Shown: one piece after another, positions 38,690 to 50,680 of the stretch | How positions within the stretch are numbered: the stretch's first letter is position 1 | Layout: every line of letters begins with the position of its first letter | Assembly (NCBI RefSeq): GCF_001194135.2 | Contig: NC_068984.1 | Span: 55,041,885-55,105,884, forward strand | Direction: 5' to 3' | Origin: Octopus bimaculoides | Lineage: Eukaryota | Length of the DNA stretch: 64,000 bases | The notes under the pieces: generated by a model | The model's input: the letters and a program-made list of their open reading frames with translations, nothing else | Databases searched by the model: none | What the model was told of the DNA's origin: nothing | Translations under genes and position numbers: made by a program

Positions 38690-40290
38690 TTCACGCCCGA
38701 ATGCATGAAGATTATCCACCCGACATCCATAGTTACTACAGAAGACAACGTCTCCTCTTCATGCGGTCTCCTGCTCTCAGTTTCAAAGCGCTCAGTTCTG
38801 GCATCCAACACAGACATACATGCCTTCTTATTACCACCCAGGGCCGATGACCGATTGATAAGGACACAACATAAAATGATAAACCGCTGGAATTGATCAG
38901 GAAAACGGAGTTTTGGGCATCCCTGAGGCCTACATGCAGTCCCGATCTCGCTGAAGAGGAACATCTTTCAGCAACCAGGTATCCGGTATCTGAATTACAT
39001 GGCCAACACAGCGCAGAAGACTACGAAGAATGCAAGTTTTAACACTGTAGATTCCAGCCCACAGGAGGATTTCCCGAGGATACTTTGGAGCGATCTGATT
39101 TTTGGAATTGTCTGATTTGATGCCGATAAAGGGCCAGTTGCTCAGACCCGTACAGGGGGAGGTGATTTTTGTACTTGCTCTAGGGCTTTTGTTTCGAAAG
39201 ACTCGTTTGCTGAGTCTCCCAAAAGACTCCTTTGTTGAGTCTCCAGAAAGATGCAGATGCCAAGTATCTCTTCTGATCATGCAATTCATCGCTAGAGATC
39301 ATGCTTCCAACATAGCAGAATGAGTCCGCCTGCGGTAGAGAAGCATCATCAGTTAGGACGGGCCAAGGGAGAAGTACGTACTGGAAGGCTGATTGGAGAA
39401 CGTCAGTTTTTCAGGTATTAACTTCAAGACCAAGCCGTGGAAATGTATTGTGCTTTGAGTGCGCCATGACTTGAAGTGAGGCGGGGGCATGATATGGTGC
39501 AGCTGAATCGTCGGCTTATTGAATCTCGTACAGCGTGATTGAGAGGTGTTTTGGATCTGGCTTTCAGGCGGCGAAGCTTAAAGATGCTCCCCTCATAATG
39601 AATTCCGATTTGATATGAATTCTGATTTCGTTGCACTCTCCTGGAAACAAGATTTGCAGCCACGAGGTAAATGTTAAACAACCCAGGGACAATGAAACAC
39701 CTCTTTGTTTTACCTCCACCTACACATCAAAGGGTTTTCACTCTCGTTTGCATACCGTCATGAAACTTCTGGATGACCAAGAGAAATGTTAGTGGACAGT
39801 CACAGTCCTGAAGCAGGCGCCACAGCATAGTAGTGCTGACTGTATGAAACGGCTTTGTTAGATCGATGAAGGCGTAACGTATATATGTCTGCTGTCCCCG
39901 ACACTTTTTAAGATGACGGACCTTAAATATCATGATAGAAGTGTTTTTTTTTCTGGTCGATATCCACATTGAACCTCAAGCATAGCCAGGTTGACCACAT
40001 GAAGTATAAGACCACGGTGGAGCAGGATACGAGTGTATCTTGCAAGTGTCAGTCAGAAGAGAGAAAGAGATTCTCCAGCTGTTTCCGCACCCTGCACGGT
40101 CTCCCTTACGCTTGTAAACTGTAACAATATTGGAGCGTTTCCACCTGTTACTTATCGTCTTCCCCTGCCAACTCAGATGAAACAAAATGTGAAGATAGGA
40201 TGTAAGGTGAGGCCCACCGTTACTTTAGATCTCACTTGGGATCTCATCATCACAGGGATCTCATCATTACATTTCGCATATTTCTTGCTT
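38690..40290 (-). mobile_element. 5'-truncated, decayed RTE (BovB-like) LINE: RT domain to C-terminus
   Basis: Minus translations IVTVYKRKGDRAGCGNSWRIS, AFIDLTKPFHTVS...LWRLL..CDCP...IQKFHDGMQTRV, GSIFKLRRLKARSKT, RPQGCPKLRFPD; many frameshifts and stops. Confidence 0.9.
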
Positions 40291-40632
40291 CAGTATGTTG
40301 GTTCCCTGACAATGAATATATGCGCAATTCCAGCATCTCTTATTTCTTTGGAGTAGAGTGCACATATATTTTGAAACATATTTGTTATTTAAAAATAACA
40401 AATAGGAATTAAAGGAACTTATTGTTTATATGCATTTTGGTCCATTTATTATTATTCTTCATATCTACTCAAAATGCATCACTTTAACTTGGTATTTCTA
40501 CCTATAAAACGGGTGTGATATCCTAGTTTTTGTGTGATTTTTGCTACCCATGGTAACTATTAACATATTTACATTGTCAACGTCTTTTCAACCGAGATAA
40601 TATTAATATATACATAAATTTATATATATATA

Positions 40633-40950
40633 NNNNNNNNNNNNNNNNNNNNNNNNNNNNNNNNNNNNNNNNNNNNNNNNNNNNNNNNNNNNNNNNNNNN
40701 NNNNNNNNNNNNNNNNNNNNNNNNNNNNNNNNNNNNNNNNNNNNNNNNNNNNNNNNNNNNNNNNNNNNNNNNNNNNNNNNNNNNNNNNNNNNNNNNNNNN
40801 NNNNNNNNNNNNNNNNNNNNNNNNNNNNNNNNNNNNNNNNNNNNNNNNNNNNNNNNNNNNNNNNNNNNNNNNNNNNNNNNNNNNNNNNNNNNNNNNNNNN
40901 NNNNNNNNNNNNNNNNNNNNNNNNNNNNNNNNNNNNNNNNNNNNNNNNNN
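40633..40950. other. Assembly gap with a 92-bp duplicated flank
   Basis: 40313-40404 is identical to 40951-41042. Confidence 0.97.
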
Positions 40951-41597
40951 TGAATATATGCGCAATTCCAGCATCTCTTATTTCTTTGGAGTAGAGTGCA
41001 CATATATTTTGAAACATATTTGTTATTTAAAAATAACAAATAATAAATATATACAATTAATGAGTCCTGGAGATTGAATAAGGTTAGATAAATTTTGTGC
41101 AGTATACAATTTACAAATAAACGCATAAATAGACTAAAATTAGGACACATTCGTATCTCAGTGAAGGGAATTTACTTCAACAAAATGTGTCACCAATTTT
41201 TTACCCATTAGAATGGTGTGCAGACTGCTGTAGTCAATTTTGTAGCTTTATCTTTATGGCATTTTAATTTCATGTTGAGTCGATATTTTATGAATTTCAA
41301 CGTTGAATAAATTACTTTATTTACGACATTTTTTTCTTTTTAAAATTTTAGGTGTCACTAAATTCATAAATTGCAGCCTGTAATTTTCCATTTTGCAACA
41401 TAATTCCTAAAGACCTTCACACTTCTAATGTCAGATGTAAAATAATTATTAACTATAAAATCCACCAATACATGTAACATAAAATATCATGTTTTAACCT
41501 ACTAAGGTTCGCCTGTATCAACGCATTAGGAATTAGCCAAGTAGTAGTGAACTCTCTTATTCAGTTTAACTGAGCGTAATATTTAAAAGTACGACTG

Positions 41598-41770
41598 AGG
41601 CGGCGAGCTGGCAGAAACGTGGGCACACCGGGCGAAATACTTAGCTTAATGCTTAGCTGTATGTTGTCTGTTTATTATATGTTCTGAGTTCAAATTCCAT
41701 CGAGGTCGACTTTACCTTTCGAGGTTGGGGTCGATGTAATCTACTGGTACCCTCCCCCAAAATTCAGTTT
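41598..41770 (+). mobile_element. Family A SINE (partially deleted)
   Basis: AGGCGGCGAGCTGGCAGAAACGT...GAGTTCAAATTCC..CGAGGTCGACTTT...GGGGTCGATGTAATC...CCCCCAAAATT. Confidence 0.85.
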
Positions 41771-42530
41771 CCGGCGGTACTTCTGACATCTTAACATGGG
41801 ATGTGCGCCGCCCCATATAGGTCGGCAGAAGCACCACTTCATTTGTTTGTAAAGGGCCTTCTCTGATGTCCTAAACTTTGCTTCTATTGTTCCAAATTTT
41901 CTCCCTTTTGAGCTATACATAATGTCATTCCAAATTGGGGCAAGACATTTTTCAATTTTATCCTGGTCTATGTATGCCATTTTCTTTTCCTTTGGGCAAG
42001 ATGTTTTAAATATAACATTTTTTAAAATTTCCGCCGTTGCGTCAGTGGGGGCGATATTTTAATATCGCTCTCCGCCTTGGACATTCTCTTGAACATCTCC
42101 TGGAGGCCCCGAAATGGGATCTCCAGATTTTCAATATGTATCGTGGTGACCGCCGAGAAGCCCCTGGTAATTTTTGGTGGGGGATGGTTAGTCTCCAAAG
42201 CTTCACTCTCTTCCAGAGACCATTTTTCTCTAATTATCTCAACCGATATTTCGGTAAAGATGAATTAGCAAAGGAAACACAAAAGCCACAGTTCTACATT
42301 CACAAGGAATATAGATTCAGATCCCACCCCGTCAGGAGGAGGGGCGCAGCTCAACGAAGCCAAAAAAAAACGGCTGAAGACAGTTTATATTTTACCAAAA
42401 GAAAAATTATAGGTTTCCCTTCAGTTCAAAAATTAGTTTCTCTCAAGAGGAACAACAGTTCAAATCCCACCCCCGTTTGGGGGCGGGGCGTAGTTCAACA
42501 ATGCCTACAAAGGCCAAATTAGAACATGTT
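41771..42530 (-). mobile_element. Probable 5' end (5'UTR and ORF1 start) of a LINE, disrupted
   Basis: Frameshifted minus reading (…IEKCLAPIWNDIMYSSKGRKFGTIEAKFRTSEKA…) reminiscent of an RRM-type LINE ORF1; GC-rich tandem motifs upstream; truncated at a SINE. Family assignment is inference. Confidence 0.4.
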
Positions 42531-43684
42531 GTTCGGTTAGTTTTAAGCTGTTCGGTTAATTTTACTTCTGTAGCTGTATTACTTTCGCCTACTTTGTGGA
42601 AGGTTATCATTGTATTTCAGGTTATGGCCATTATCTTATTTATAAATTTGAATTTATTTAATCTGAAACAAAAACGAGGTACAAAGCTTTTATTATGATG
42701 TACAAGTTTCATATCTTATCACATTTATTCATAGTTATTAAAGCCAGAAACTTCGGTTGCGAGACACACTGTATTGCTTGACACACTGTATACATATACG
42801 CGCGCATACACACACACACACACGCACACACAGACAGACGTTCATACAAGCTTATATGTGTACCTGTACGTGTGAGTTTGTGTGTGTTATTAAAAAAAGA
42901 TATATTTGCTGCAGACAAACTGCGGCTAAAAACGCCTGGTGTCGCTTGAAATAATCCCATCTCTTACCGTCAGTATTCCCAGCTCAAATACTAACAAAAT
43001 CTACTTCATTATTCACTCCCTCAGAGATCGATAAAATAAAACTAATATGCTGATACCGACTGTATTAGATATATTCATTCCCTAAAAGAAATTACGCCTT
43101 TTGGAGAATGTAATTCATAATAATTTATCAATTGTAGGATGCAGTAGAGTAGAAACAAATTGCATTCTGAAAGTAGTATAATATTTATTTATTTTCCTCA
43201 AGTGTATGTAACCACTACACTTTAGGTATATTTTTTTCATTAGGAAAATGATATAATGAACGTCAGACATTTAATCTCCATTTACAAGACGGCCATATTC
43301 TTGTGAACAAATATGTAGCCGACATATTTGGAATTACTGTGTTTATCGTGAAATATATTTCGTCGTCATATGATATACACGTTAATAGTACAAACCAGGA
43401 ATAAACTCCTGATTCTAGCTATTTCCTGGTTATTACTTGCTATGTTGCAGTGATAGTATACAAGAGAAGCATAACTTCAATTCTATCATTAATTTACGAT
43501 ATAGTGATTCACACATAAAATATAGTATTTAACGTGCAAGACTCAATGCATTTGTTAGACTTGGTAGAAATATTAACCAATTTTTCTTTATAATACATTA
43601 TTATCTTTGATCATAATTCGAAATGGTACCAAAATGTTCCAGGACTAGTTATGCTTAATTAAAAAAATTACTTATTCACCTAAC

Positions 43685-43910
43685 TTTTAACATCATCTCC
43701 TTCGTAATACTCACCTTCTGCAGCAATATACCATTCCCAGCGTCTCTGCCACTTTTGGGATCTGACCTAGAAGTCGTTTTCCCTAAGCTAGTCGAGGAAA
43801 CTTCTATATTTCGCTCAAGGTCTCGACAACGGTGTTAAAACGGTGACCTTTGAACTGGTTTTCATTTGGGGAAATAGATGGAGGCCCGCAGATGCTAAAT
43901 TTTACGAAGG
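43685..43910 (-). mobile_element. Mariner transposase C-terminal fragment
   Basis: Minus translation LHLFPQMK...KGHRF and, after a frameshift, QKWQRRWEWYIAAEGEYYEG. Confidence 0.8.
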
Positions 43911-43935
43911 ACCTTTAATCCTTTTGATGTGTGTG

Positions 43936-43971
<36 letters not shown>

Positions 43972-44224
43972 TACGTGTGTGTGTAATTTGATAAACGCAA
44001 TAACAACAAAAACTACTAATAGTTCCATGCTTTAAGATACCTTAGATTGGCAGATTTATTTAATATGCTATGTATCTCCAAGGAAACCTTCCGGCTCATT
44101 TCATAACGTTATAAGTATTTAAAACCAGGATGCTGGACTATGAGGAAATAGAAGAAAAGAGCGAGAAGAATAAAAACAAATACAAAAACAAGAAGAGAAA
44201 ACGCTGTGTTACACTTTCATTATT

Positions 44225-45230
44225 GGATACCTCCTCTGATGTGTGCCATTTGATGAATGAGAGGATTTGATGCAGTTACCTTCATTTGCATTTCCTGTCG
44301 TGAAGTAGGCTCATCTGGAATACTTGACAAGAGGAGGTCCACCTTCGTTTTGAACTCACGTACATCCACACTGCGCAGATCTCTCTGGCATTAGGGAAGG
44401 ATACTGAAGAGTTGTGGCCCCTTGAAACCCAAGCTGTTGCAGTATCTGGTCCTGTGTTTTGATGGCGATGTTGAGATCTTTGGCACAATGCAATGGCGCT
44501 CCGTTCTGCTGTTTGTATAACTTTCAAACCCAAAGTTTGTTTACAGGCCTTCCAGGATTTTCTACATGTCTATCATTGCATATCTTCACCGCCTTCATTC
44601 TAGGAAGAAGAGTCTTAACCTTTTTAGCATTTCCCAGTAACTGATGCGTTGCATTGAGACGATTTTCTTTTGTGTACCTTCATTGGATTGCTTCGAGTTC
44701 CCCCGTTAATTTTATACTATTTGTTGACCATAGTTGGGAGCAGTAGTCTAAGTGGCTGAAGATATATGCCCTCCAAAGGACCATCATAGTTTCCTTTTCT
44801 CTCGTTCTGAAACTTCGAAGGATCTATCCAATTAGTCGTCTGCATTTTATTGCTAACTTAGTAATATGCACCTGGAATGATGCATCATTACTCATGTCAA
44901 TGCCCAAGCCACGCGCTGATTTTGATTTACGGATTGTAATTCCTCCTGGTCCAGTGTATCCTGTCTGCATGTTGTTCAGTTTTGTGTGCTAGTAGCGCAG
45001 GGCTTGGAATTTTCCTGCATTAAACTGCATGCTTTGCCCTCATCCCACCTGTATGCTGCGTCCAGCTCCCGATGAGGATGCGCAATATTTCCAGGGTTTT
45101 GAATTGTCTGAGAGACTTTGTGTCATCTGCACATCGCGTCATCAGCTGAGGGCACTATAAATAGCAGTGGAACACCACTTACTATTTGTGTTTCGTTTGA
45201 GGTGGCTCCATTGGCCACCACTGCCTGACG
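44225..45230 (-). mobile_element. CR1-group LINE 3' fragment (RT C-half to 3' end)
   Basis: Minus translations VANGATSNETQIVSGVP..LLFIV..ADDTK, MQFNAGKF, ETMMVLWRAYIFSHLDYCSQLWS. Confidence 0.85.
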
Positions 45231-45834
45231 TCTATCTTTTAGAAAGTCGTGTCCAAGTTTTCCGACTATACCGAGATCACGCAGTTTGTGATATATCAAG
45301 ATATATCACATCCACACTTAGGTCGGTTAGCAGCTGCTTTAACACCCAGTCGTATACATTTATGTTGTATATATAGGTGCTATATTGGTGATATTATGGT
45401 GATAGTAGCAAAAGATATCAGATGATATTTAGTCTCCCGATATATGACCGCTAATTCCAACATGGATCGAGCCATGTGCAAAATGTAGATCGATAAAGAA
45501 AGTACCAGAAAAAGGTACGTATTTTATGAAAATCTTCGGGTGACATGCTTCATCTTGCCCACAATCCAAGATCACTAAAAGTAGAAAATAATAAATAGTT
45601 CTTATGCATTCGTCTTTCTCCACGAACCCCAAGAGCATTGTAAAAGAATGAAAATGTCATCTTGAACTTATGTTAAATATTGGCTGCCAAGATTCAATGG
45701 TCAACATTAAATCTCGTAGTTTTAGAGGAAAAAAGTTCTCATATTGTCGTGTTAGTGTTTATAGTTTCTGAATTATTTTCCTCTCATATGTTTGAAATTT
45801 TCCTTTTATATATACTCAAATGAGGAGCTACCCC

Positions 45835-46260
45835 TTCCAGTCGTAGCTTTTTCAGCCTTTCTCTGTAGTTCACCTGCTGCTCAGTTACAAGTGTGGTTAC
45901 TTTGGCCCGCTTCATGCTCCGATATTAATTTGGCGGTATTTGCTGACCACAACTGAGAGCAGAAGTCGAGGCGATTGAGAACAAAAGACCTCTAAAGTCT
46001 CAACATGATTTGTTGGTCACTTCACCTGAAAGACTTTAGTATCCATCTTATCAGTTGATTACTCTGTGCCGCCATCTTGATAATGTGCATATGAAATGAC
46101 GTTTCTTTACCCATACTCATTCCCAAGTTTGCCACAGTTTGTGACTGGGATTGCAGGGCTTTCAGGTCCTGCATATGTAAGCCGCCGTGAATTTGTCTGT
46201 TGATAGCGCATTGTTTTAAATTTTCCAGCATTAAACTGTATGTTTTTTTTCATCCTAATT
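45835..46260 (-). mobile_element. Second, more decayed CR1-group LINE fragment covering part of the same RT region
   Basis: IQFNAGKFK..RY, HIIKMAAQSNQLIRWILKSFR. Confidence 0.75.
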
Positions 46261-46529
46261 GTATATTGTATTTAGGTCACGCTGTAAGCTAGCGACTTCG
46301 TCAGAGGCTTTTTTTGCAACTGTGATAATTTTTTGTTAATGGCGTAGCCAGTTACAGTGGCTGTGTGAGTGACCGTGTGCATGTCTAAGTGAGCTACAAT
46401 AAATAGCCCCAAATAGTTCCTTGGGAAACGCCTCTTAGAATTAGTGTTTCCTTAGAGAAGGTACCATTTGCTACAATGTATGTGAACGTGTGTGTGTGTG
46501 TGTGTGTGCTTTTGTGCAGGTGTCTGTGA

Positions 46530-46680
46530 GGACGCGTGTCATAGTGCCAAAGGTATTGCACTCATCGCTTGTCATGGGTTCGATTCCAGGCGCATTGTGT
46601 TGATGAGGAAAACACTTCATATCACTTTGCTCTAGTCTAGTCACCAGTAAATGTGTAACCCTGCGACGACGGAAATGGCC
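46530..46680 (+). mobile_element. Decayed tRNA-headed SINE
   Basis: GGGTTCGATTCCAGGC B box, then CATTGTGTTGATGAGGAAAACACTT and ACCCTGCGA. Confidence 0.55.
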
Positions 46681-47047
46681 TTCTGATCAGAAGTACTTTT
46701 GAACAGCTCACCTCGCTAGCAGATGACGTCGTTAGAAAGCTAAAACTATGTGACCAGTTATGTATAACAATAATATGAGTGAAGTTTCAGCGTTTCCAGC
46801 ATTGCTCTTTGTCTGATACAAGAAATGGAGAAAGGATTGGATATTCTGGAGGAAAAGACGTTTGTTCTTATATGATCGAAGATCGGAGTGAGATGAAAAT
46901 GTGATTTCTGAAGGCAGGGTAGTGCCTAATTAACCATTGTGTGCGTTTGAGAGATATATGCGTGTGTTAATGCGTGTGCTTAATAATCATGTATGTAGAA
47001 TGTATGTGTATATATCTTTCGTATTTACGTGCGTATAAATGTGTGTG

Positions 47048-47078
<31 letters not shown>

Positions 47079-48789
47079 ATACATATGTATGGTTTAGTCG
47101 TAGTTGAACGTCATTCTTAAATAACTAGCATAATGAATGAACAATGAACTTACAATAACATGAGTTCATTCCATTTTTCATATGGTACCGTTAACACTAC
47201 AAACTACTTAAAAGCAAGTTTTTTAATGTAGAAAGCTAGTTTTCGTAATAGTCATGATCCATAAGTTAGTTGATAATGCCAGAATGTAGTAACTAAAAAT
47301 ATTACAAAAGGTTACGTTATTTAGTCATTTCATTAATATTATTAAAGTCGATCCTAATTGTAGTTGACTTCAATTGTAAAGCGTTTAGTTTGCTCGCTAG
47401 TAAGTATGACTGCGAAACGAAATTCAATCAATAGTAAATTATCATACTGGTATACAATTGAGAAATCTCGTGGAAACTAAATGTTTTCGATTAATTAAAC
47501 ACTTTCAATGTATTTACAATATATTGTTTGATCCAACTCTTCTACTATAGCTTAATCATATCCCGATAGATCGATATTTTATTAAACTGGGACAATAGTT
47601 TATCGCCAACAAAATATTGTGCAAGTAATATTGTTATATAAGCCCTACGTTGGTTGCAACAGCATTAGTTGAATCAAAATTTAAATTTAACAGAAAATGT
47701 AGTAACAGAACATGGTATGTAAAACGCAATGTTCTTAACTGGTACCTGTTTTTTTAAAAACATTTTTTGCGCATATAACTTGTGTTTATCAACCAAAAAG
47801 ACATACTTTATTTCTAATAAATATACTGCTGAAATGCTAATGGATTTGACAGGGAATTATTGCATAAATGTAATACCTATATGCAGTTGACTTTCAATCG
47901 CGAAGAAAGCGATGCACACTAGATCGTCTCCGATAGACGCTACTCGCACTGCACCATGCATTTCGTGAGAATTTTTGGGTACTAAATTAGACTGTGCAAA
48001 TAAAAGAAAACAAAATGCACTTTTGATAATAAATGTAACACAAGGAAATTTTCAACTTATCAATATTACAGTCAGGAAGTAAATTCTATCTGCTGAATTT
48101 ATTTATATATTTATTTACTGCCTAGTCTAGATTTTTAATCTTCTTTAGAAACGCTTAATAATATGACCATTGGGAGATTGTATTTATTACTACCTTGAAT
48201 ATTACTTAAAAAACATAAATTGAACCGAAACACAATGGAATACATATATTACCCGGTCTTTGTAACTGACACATATTTTCCACTTATATTTCAAATATAG
48301 CTTGCATATATTACAAAATTATAATGAGTGAAATTAATATAGGGCTGAAATATCTTTCTTTATCAATATAGCTGAGGTCGACATATTGGACAAATTTAAC
48401 AGCGGAATTATATTCGTCTATTGATCAAGAACCAAACAGATGCAGACCGTCTTCAATAAGCATAACTGATGCTTATCACACTGCTTGCCTAAATTTATGA
48501 ATCGTCTTTGTTATTTTCAGAAGTTTATCAACATAAGCTACGTTTGGCGGCGCTGTTAGTTCTTTAAAAAAATGTTAATAATTAAGAATTTCAGAAACTT
48601 CGATGAATAGACAAACGTTACTGTCTCTGATTTTGCACTCATAACAACTTCTGCTGTTGCTGCCCTTATTACTGCCATCACTATTCGTGCTACTGTTACT
48701 GCTCACTGCCGCTTACTGTTTCTTGCACTACTGCTCTTATTGCTACATCTGATAATGTTATAGCTTCTATTGCTATTGCTTTTTATTCT

Positions 48790-48790
48790 T

Positions 48791-48826
<36 letters not shown>

Positions 48827-48837
48827 ACACCACCACC

Positions 48838-48880
<43 letters not shown>

Positions 48881-48915
48881 TTACTACCACCACCACCACC
48901 ACCACCACCACCTCC

Positions 48916-48984
<69 letters not shown>

Positions 48985-48986
48985 GT
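48790..48986. repeat. Compound (CTA)n/(CCA)n microsatellite
   Basis: Visible repeats; source of the poly-L/P and poly-S/G ORFs. Confidence 0.97.
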
Positions 48987-49159
48987 CTTTATTGCAACAT
49001 ACTTTTGCTTCTACTTTCGTTACCACCTCTGCTACAATCAGGAACATCTACGCCGTAAACCGAAACCATAGTTCTTGGCGTGTCATTTTGTAGCGGGCAG
49101 CGGATTTGGAATTCTTTCTGTGTATTCTATCGATCCCGGCTTGGCCTTGAACAAAACAA

Positions 49160-49389
49160 AGGTGATATTCCTATAGAGACATATTGAGATGTTTGGAGAC
49201 TAGATAGGCTAGGTTTGAGACGTAATGTTTAAGGGTATCGGGAGGTACACCATCAGCATAAGTAGCCTTTTTTTTCCTTTTATGAAGTAACCAAAAATAC
49301 GACCGCACTTGGCGGGAGTGTATGCAAATATATGAACCTGGAATGTTGGAAGAAGATATTATTAAAAGGGATTTACCAAGGATATGAAA
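49160..49389 (-). mobile_element. Inverted copy of the 5' segment of the adjacent LINE fragment
   Basis: Reverse complement aligns with 49498-49731; translation KATYADGVPPDTLKHYVSNLA. Confidence 0.85.
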
Positions 49390-49497
49390 CATGATCTTAT
49401 AGGAATATCTCCCTTCTTTGGTTCCCCATCGTTTGCCTTCAATATATCACAGACTTACTGCATTGTGAAGATACAACTTGACTTCATTCCTCCCACA

Positions 49498-50680
49498 TTT
49501 CATATCCTTCGTAAATCCCTTCTAATTATGTCTTCTTCCACCATTCCAAGTACATAAATTTGGATACACACCCTCCAAGTGCAGACCTATTTTGGGTCAC
49601 TTTAGAAAAGGAAAGAAAGGCTACTTATCCTGATGGTGTACCTCCCGTTATCCTCAAACATTACATCTCAAAGCTAGCCTCTATAGTCTTCAAACATCTA
49701 TCTCAATATGTCTCTATCGGAATATCCACCTTGATTTTTGGAAATGCATTGCAGGTTCTAGCATATGAATCACCTACCAAAACATTTTGCATACGAGCCC
49801 TACCCGTCTCTTATCTCTTGCGTCGGTAGCTTCTTATCAGATCACGCGCGTGTTAACGGAAACCATTTTATCTCTCACTCTATTAATTCTAGCTACCTCC
49901 AAGATTTTGTTTTGTTCCCCTTCTGTATGTCAATAACTTAATTGTCGCAGAATCCAACAACATCGATTACCACATAGTTTACACAGCTCATCATTCCTGC
50001 CTAATATTTCTTAACAATGAATTAGCAACTCGAAACCAGGATATCACATGCAAAACTGATTCAAAGCATAGAGATATTGACAGCATCAGTTAATTGTGAT
50101 ATAACAATCTTGTTTCTTTCAACAGTAAAAAATAATACAAAACATTCCTCGTATTAAAGAAACATTATCTTACTACACCCCAATTCATCCTCTGACCCCT
50201 GAAATCCTGACATAAATCGCTCAATTTTCATACAATTACTGGGCCTCACAATAACCAAGAATCACGCAAAGCAAAAACAAATTGTTAACATAGCTAGGAT
50301 CGTATCGCAACGACTGGCCCTTCCTTTTAAGGCATGTTGGTACTTCGTTCCACAACAGTTAGTGATACTCTACACAGCTCAGGTGAGTCTCACAATGTAG
50401 CTTAACTCTCATATCTAACGGTGCTGCCGCTGCTACTGCTCTTCCTATTGCAAACCCAATCTTCTAGACTGCATCCAAGTTCCATCCGACTGATTCACTT
50501 AAATTCACTCACATACATACTCCAGTGATGGATTCACAAGTGCACTGTATCAGACGTCTCCCTATTCTAATAGTAAGGTAACAACCTCCGCTTCCCGGAA
50601 TAGACTAGGTTCAGTCCACATCTACTTCGAAATGCCCGTCTTATTCATCACTCAACCTTTGATGTATCCGAAACCCAGGC
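49498..50680 (+). mobile_element. Decayed CR1-group (Zenon-like) LINE RT region
   Basis: Translations KATYPDGVPPVILKH, NNLVSFNSKK, WYFVPQQLVILYTAQV, SHI, LLDCIQ match the order of CR1-group ORF2 motifs. Confidence 0.75.

Noticed and set aside
42037-42522. 161-aa plus-strand ORF
   Set aside because: Antisense to the GC-rich LINE-like segment; no protein features
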